From positions 1,736,001-1,800,000 of the forward strand of contig OZ251225.1 of assembly GCA_965240325.2 (NCBI GenBank): 64,000 nucleotides of DNA. Reading direction: 5' to 3'. Position 1 is the first letter of the stretch. The number at the start of each line of letters is the position of its first letter. Positions 60,401 to 64,000 of this stretch are shown here, piece after piece. The position numbers were made by a program, and so were the translations under genes. This DNA comes from Rebecca billardiae RCC1528. Its lineage: Eukaryota; Protista; Haptophyta. The notes under the pieces were generated by a model. The model saw nothing but the letters and a program-made list of their open reading frames with translations, was not told the DNA's origin and ran no database searches.

Positions 60401-62669
60401 TGTAACCGTGTAACCTGTGTAACCAGGTAACTGGTTACATCGGAGGCCCCAGGGACTCTGGAGGCAGGAGCTGGCAGGTGGAGACCGTAACGGCCGGTTG
60501 CGAGCTGTAACGGCCGGTGTAACCTTGTAACCTGTGTAACCAGGTAACTGGTTACATCGGAGGCCAGGGACTCTGGAGGCAGGAGCTGGCAGGTGGGGAC
60601 CGTAACGGCCGGTCGCGAGCTGTGACGGCCGGTGTAAGTGTGTAACCCTGTAACCTGTGTCGGTAACCACGGGTAACTGGTTACATCGGACGACCAGGGA
60701 CTCCGTGAGTCTGGAGGCAGGAGCAATGGCAGGTAGTGGGGACCGTAACGGCCGGTCGCGAGCTGTAACGGCCGGTGTAACCTTGTAACCTGTGTAACCA
60801 GGTAACTGGTTACATCGGAGGCCAGGGACTCTGGAGGCAGGAGCAATGGCAGGTAGTGGGGACCGTAACGGCCGGTCGCGAGCTGTAACGGCCAGTGTGA
60901 CCTTGTAACCTGTGTAACCAGGTAACTGGTTACATCGGAGGCCAGGGACTCTAGAGGCAGGAGCAATGGCAGGTAGTGGGGACCGTAACGGCCGGTCGCG
61001 AGCTGTAACGGCCGGTGTAACCTTGTAACCTGTGTAACCAGGTAACTGGTTACATCGGAGGCCAGGGACTCTGGAGGCAGGAGCTGGCAGGTGGAGACCG
61101 TAACGGCCGGTTGCGAGCTGTAACGGCCGGTGTAACCTTGTAACCTGTGTAACCAGGTAACTGGTTACATCGGAGGCCAGGGACTCTGGAGGCAGGAGCA
61201 ATGGCAGGTAGTGGGGACCGTAACGGCCGGTCGCGAGCTGTAACGGCCGGTGTAACCTTGTAACCTGTGTAACCAGGTAACTGGTTACATCGGAGGCCAG
61301 GGACTCTGGAGGCAGGAGCTGGCAGGTGGAGACCGTAACGGCCGGTTGCGAGCTGTAACGGCCGGTGTAACCTTGTAACCTGTGTAACCAGGTAACTGGT
61401 TACATCGGAGGCCAGGGACTCTGGAGGCAGGAGCTGGCAGGTGGGGACCGTAACGGCCGGTCGTGAGCTGTAACGGCCGGTGTAACCCTGTAACCTGTGT
61501 AACCAGGTAACTGGTTACATCGGAGGCCAGGGTGTCTGGGGCGGGAGCTGGCAGGTGGAGACCGCAACGGCCGGTCGCGAGCTGTAACGGCCGGTGTAAC
61601 CTTGTAACCTGTGTAACCAGGTAACTGGTTACATCGGAGGCCAGGGACTCTGGAGGCAGGAGCAATGGCAGGTAGTGGAGACCGTAACGGCCGATCGCGA
61701 GCTGTAACGGCCGGTGTAACCTTGTAACCTGTGTAACCAGGTAACTGGTTACATCGGAGGCCAGGGACTCTGGAGGCAGGAGCAATGGCAGGTAGTGGAG
61801 ACCGTAACGGCCGATCGCGAGCTGTAACGGCCGGTGTAACCTTGTAACCTGTGTAACCAGGTAACTGGTTACATCGGAGGCCAGAGTGTCTGAGGCAGGA
61901 GCTGGCAGGTGGGCCGACCGTAACGGCCGGTCGCGAGCTGTAACGGCCGACGTAACCTTGTAACCTGTGTAACCAGGTAGCTGGTTACATCGGAGGCCAG
62001 GGTGTCTGGGGCAGGAGCTGGCAGGTGGGGACCGTAACGGCCGGTCGCGAGCCGTAACGGCCGGTGTAACCTTGTAACCTGTGTAACCAGGTAACTGGTT
62101 ACATCGGAGGCCAGGGACTCTGGAGGCAGGAGCAATGGCATGTAGTGGGGACCGTAACGGCTGGTCGCGAGCTGTAACGGCCGGTGTAACCTTGTAACCT
62201 GTGTAACCAGGTAACTGGTTACATCGGAGGCCAGGGACTCTGGAGGCAGGGGCAATGGCAGGTAGTGGGGACCGTAACGGCTGGTCGCGAGCTGTAACGG
62301 CCGGTGTAACCTTGTAACCTGTGTAACCAGGTAACTGGTTACATCGGAGGCCAGGGACTCTGGAGGCAGGAGCTGGCAGGTGGGGACCGTAACGGCCGGT
62401 CGCGAGCTGTAACGGCCGGTGTAACCTTGTAACCTGTGTAACCTGTGTAACCTGTGTAACCAGGTAACTGGTTACATCGGAGGCCAGGGTGTCTGGGGCA
62501 GGAGCTGGCAGATGGGGACCGTAACGGCCGGTCGCGAGCTGTAACGGCCGGTGTAACCCTGTAACCTGTGTAACCTGTGTAACCAGGTAACTGGTTACAT
62601 CGGAGGCCAGGGACTCCGGAGGCAGGTGCTGGCAGGTGGGGACAGTAACGGCCGGTTGCAAGCTGTAAC
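60401..62669. repeat. About 115-120-bp satellite rich in GTAAC motifs, about 19 units
   Basis: GGTTACATCGGA recurs 19 times. Two main length variants (GAGCTGGCAGGTGG versus GAGCAATGGCAGGTAGTGG). Confidence 0.95.
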
Positions 62670-62684
62670 GATGATGATTCAGAG

Positions 62685-64000
62685 AGCTCAGAATACCTTG
62701 CCGATATTCTGTGCGCCAACCCGTGCAGCGATTCATAATCTTCCGCCGAAATTCTGGTCGCCAGTACATACAGCGGCTCGGAATCCCTCGCCAAAATTCT
62801 GGGCATCAGTACATACAACTCTCACAGAGTCTCATGCCGAAATTCCGGTCGCCAGTACATACAGCTGCTCGATTTTTTTGCAAAAATTCTGGGCTCAACC
62901 TATGCAGCAGCTCAGAATCTCGCGCCGAAATTCTGGGCGCCAGCCCATGCAGTCGCCCAGAATCTCCCGCCGAAATTCTGGGCAACCCATGCAGTCGCTC
63001 AGAATCTCCAGCCGAAATTCTAGGCGCCAGTACATACAGCCGCTCGGAACCTTCTGCCAAAATTCTGGGCGCAACCCATACCGCCGCTCAGAATCTCCAG
63101 TCGAAATTCTGGGCGCCAGTACATACAGCCGCTCAGAACCTTCAGCCAAAATTCTAGGGGCTCAACCTATGCAGCAGCTCAGAATCTCGCGCCGAAATTC
63201 TGGGCGCCAGCCCATGCAGTCGCCCAGAATCTCCCGCCGAAATTCTGGGCGCAACCCATACCGCCGCTCAGAATCTCCAGCCGAAATTCTGGGCGCCAGT
63301 ACATACAGCCGCTCAGAGCCTTCTGCCAAAATTCTGGGCGTGAACCCATACCGCCGCTCAGAATCTCCAGCCGAAATTCAGGCGCCAGTACATACAACCG
63401 CTCAGAACCTTCTGCCAAAATTCTGGGCGTCAACCCATACCGCCGCTCAGATTCTCCAGCCGAAATTCTGGGCACCAGTACATACAGCCGCTCAGAACCT
63501 TCAGCCAAAATTCTAGGGGCTCAGCCTATGCAGCAGCTCAGAATCTCGCGCCGAAATTCTGGGCGCCAACCCATGCAGTCGCCCAGAATCTCCCGCCGAA
63601 ATTCTGGGCGCAACCCATACCGCCGCTCAGAATCTCCAGCCGAAATTCTGGGCGCCAGTACATACAGCCGCTCAGAGCCTTCTGCCAAAATTCTGGGCGT
63701 GAACCCATACCGCCGCTTAGAATCTCCAGCCGAAATTCAGGCGCCAGTACATACAACCGCTCAGAACCTTCTGCCAAAATTCTGGGCGTCAACCCATACC
63801 GCCGCTCAGATTCTCCAGCCGAAATTCTGGGCGCCAGTACATACAGCCGCTCAGAACCTTCTGCCAAAATTCTGGGCGTGAAACAATGCAGCCGGTCAGA
63901 ATCCTCCCGCCAAAATTCTGGGCGTGAACATATGCAGCCGGTCAGAATCTCCCGCCAAAATCTTGGGCGTCAACCCATGCAGCCGTTCAGAATATCCTGC
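62685..64000. repeat. About 45-bp satellite with about 360-bp (8-mer) higher-order repeat, running off the window
   Basis: AATTCT recurs at 63061, 63105, 63150, 63196 and 63241. Block CCTATGCAGCAGCTCAGAATCTCGCG recurs at about 63166 and 63525. Confidence 0.92.

Overview
GC-rich eukaryotic nuclear DNA, not prokaryotic. Evidence: spliceosomal GT-AG introns of 58-251 nt rich in (GC)n, and genes such as EFG1, TSEN54, ERCC6/CSB and PDE6D. A GC-rich alga such as a haptophyte is my inference from composition and intron style only. The window has four zones. (1) 1-23 kb: EFG1, a KCTD-type BTB protein, a Cys/His-rich membrane protein, a DnaJ/DnaJ-X protein, TSEN54, and a 3086-aa, 8-exon tandem double Shaker-like channel (6TM-CNBD-ankyrin x2) with one GYG pore and one non-GYG pore. 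A 1-kb palindrome of Helentron/Helitron2-like copies also lies here. (2) 23.0-38.2 kb: a gene-free transposon nest built on purine-pyrimidine microsatellites. It holds a Tc1/mariner MITE, an RLE-type LINE 3' fragment, a 9-nt aborted copy of that LINE with its TSD, a Helentron-like element, a young gag-only Copia-like LTR element, and five copies of an unclassified element group (GT...19-nt hairpin-GCCAC) whose ends form a covarying dyad only at head-to-tail junctions. (3) 38.2-56 kb: a 15-repeat EsV-1-7-like zinc-finger array with position-specific variable residues, two 1.1-kb foldback elements with 7-bp TSDs, a truncated DHX34 fragment, a glycosyltransferase, a cytochrome-b5 fusion protein, a DUF4396 protein, CSB, PDE6D and organellar bL25. 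(4) 57-64 kb: satellite arrays. Best candidates for undescribed systems: the hairpin-GCCAC microsatellite-targeting elements, the code-like zinc-finger array and the hetero-pore tandem channel. All protein family calls come from motif recognition by eye; no database search was run.
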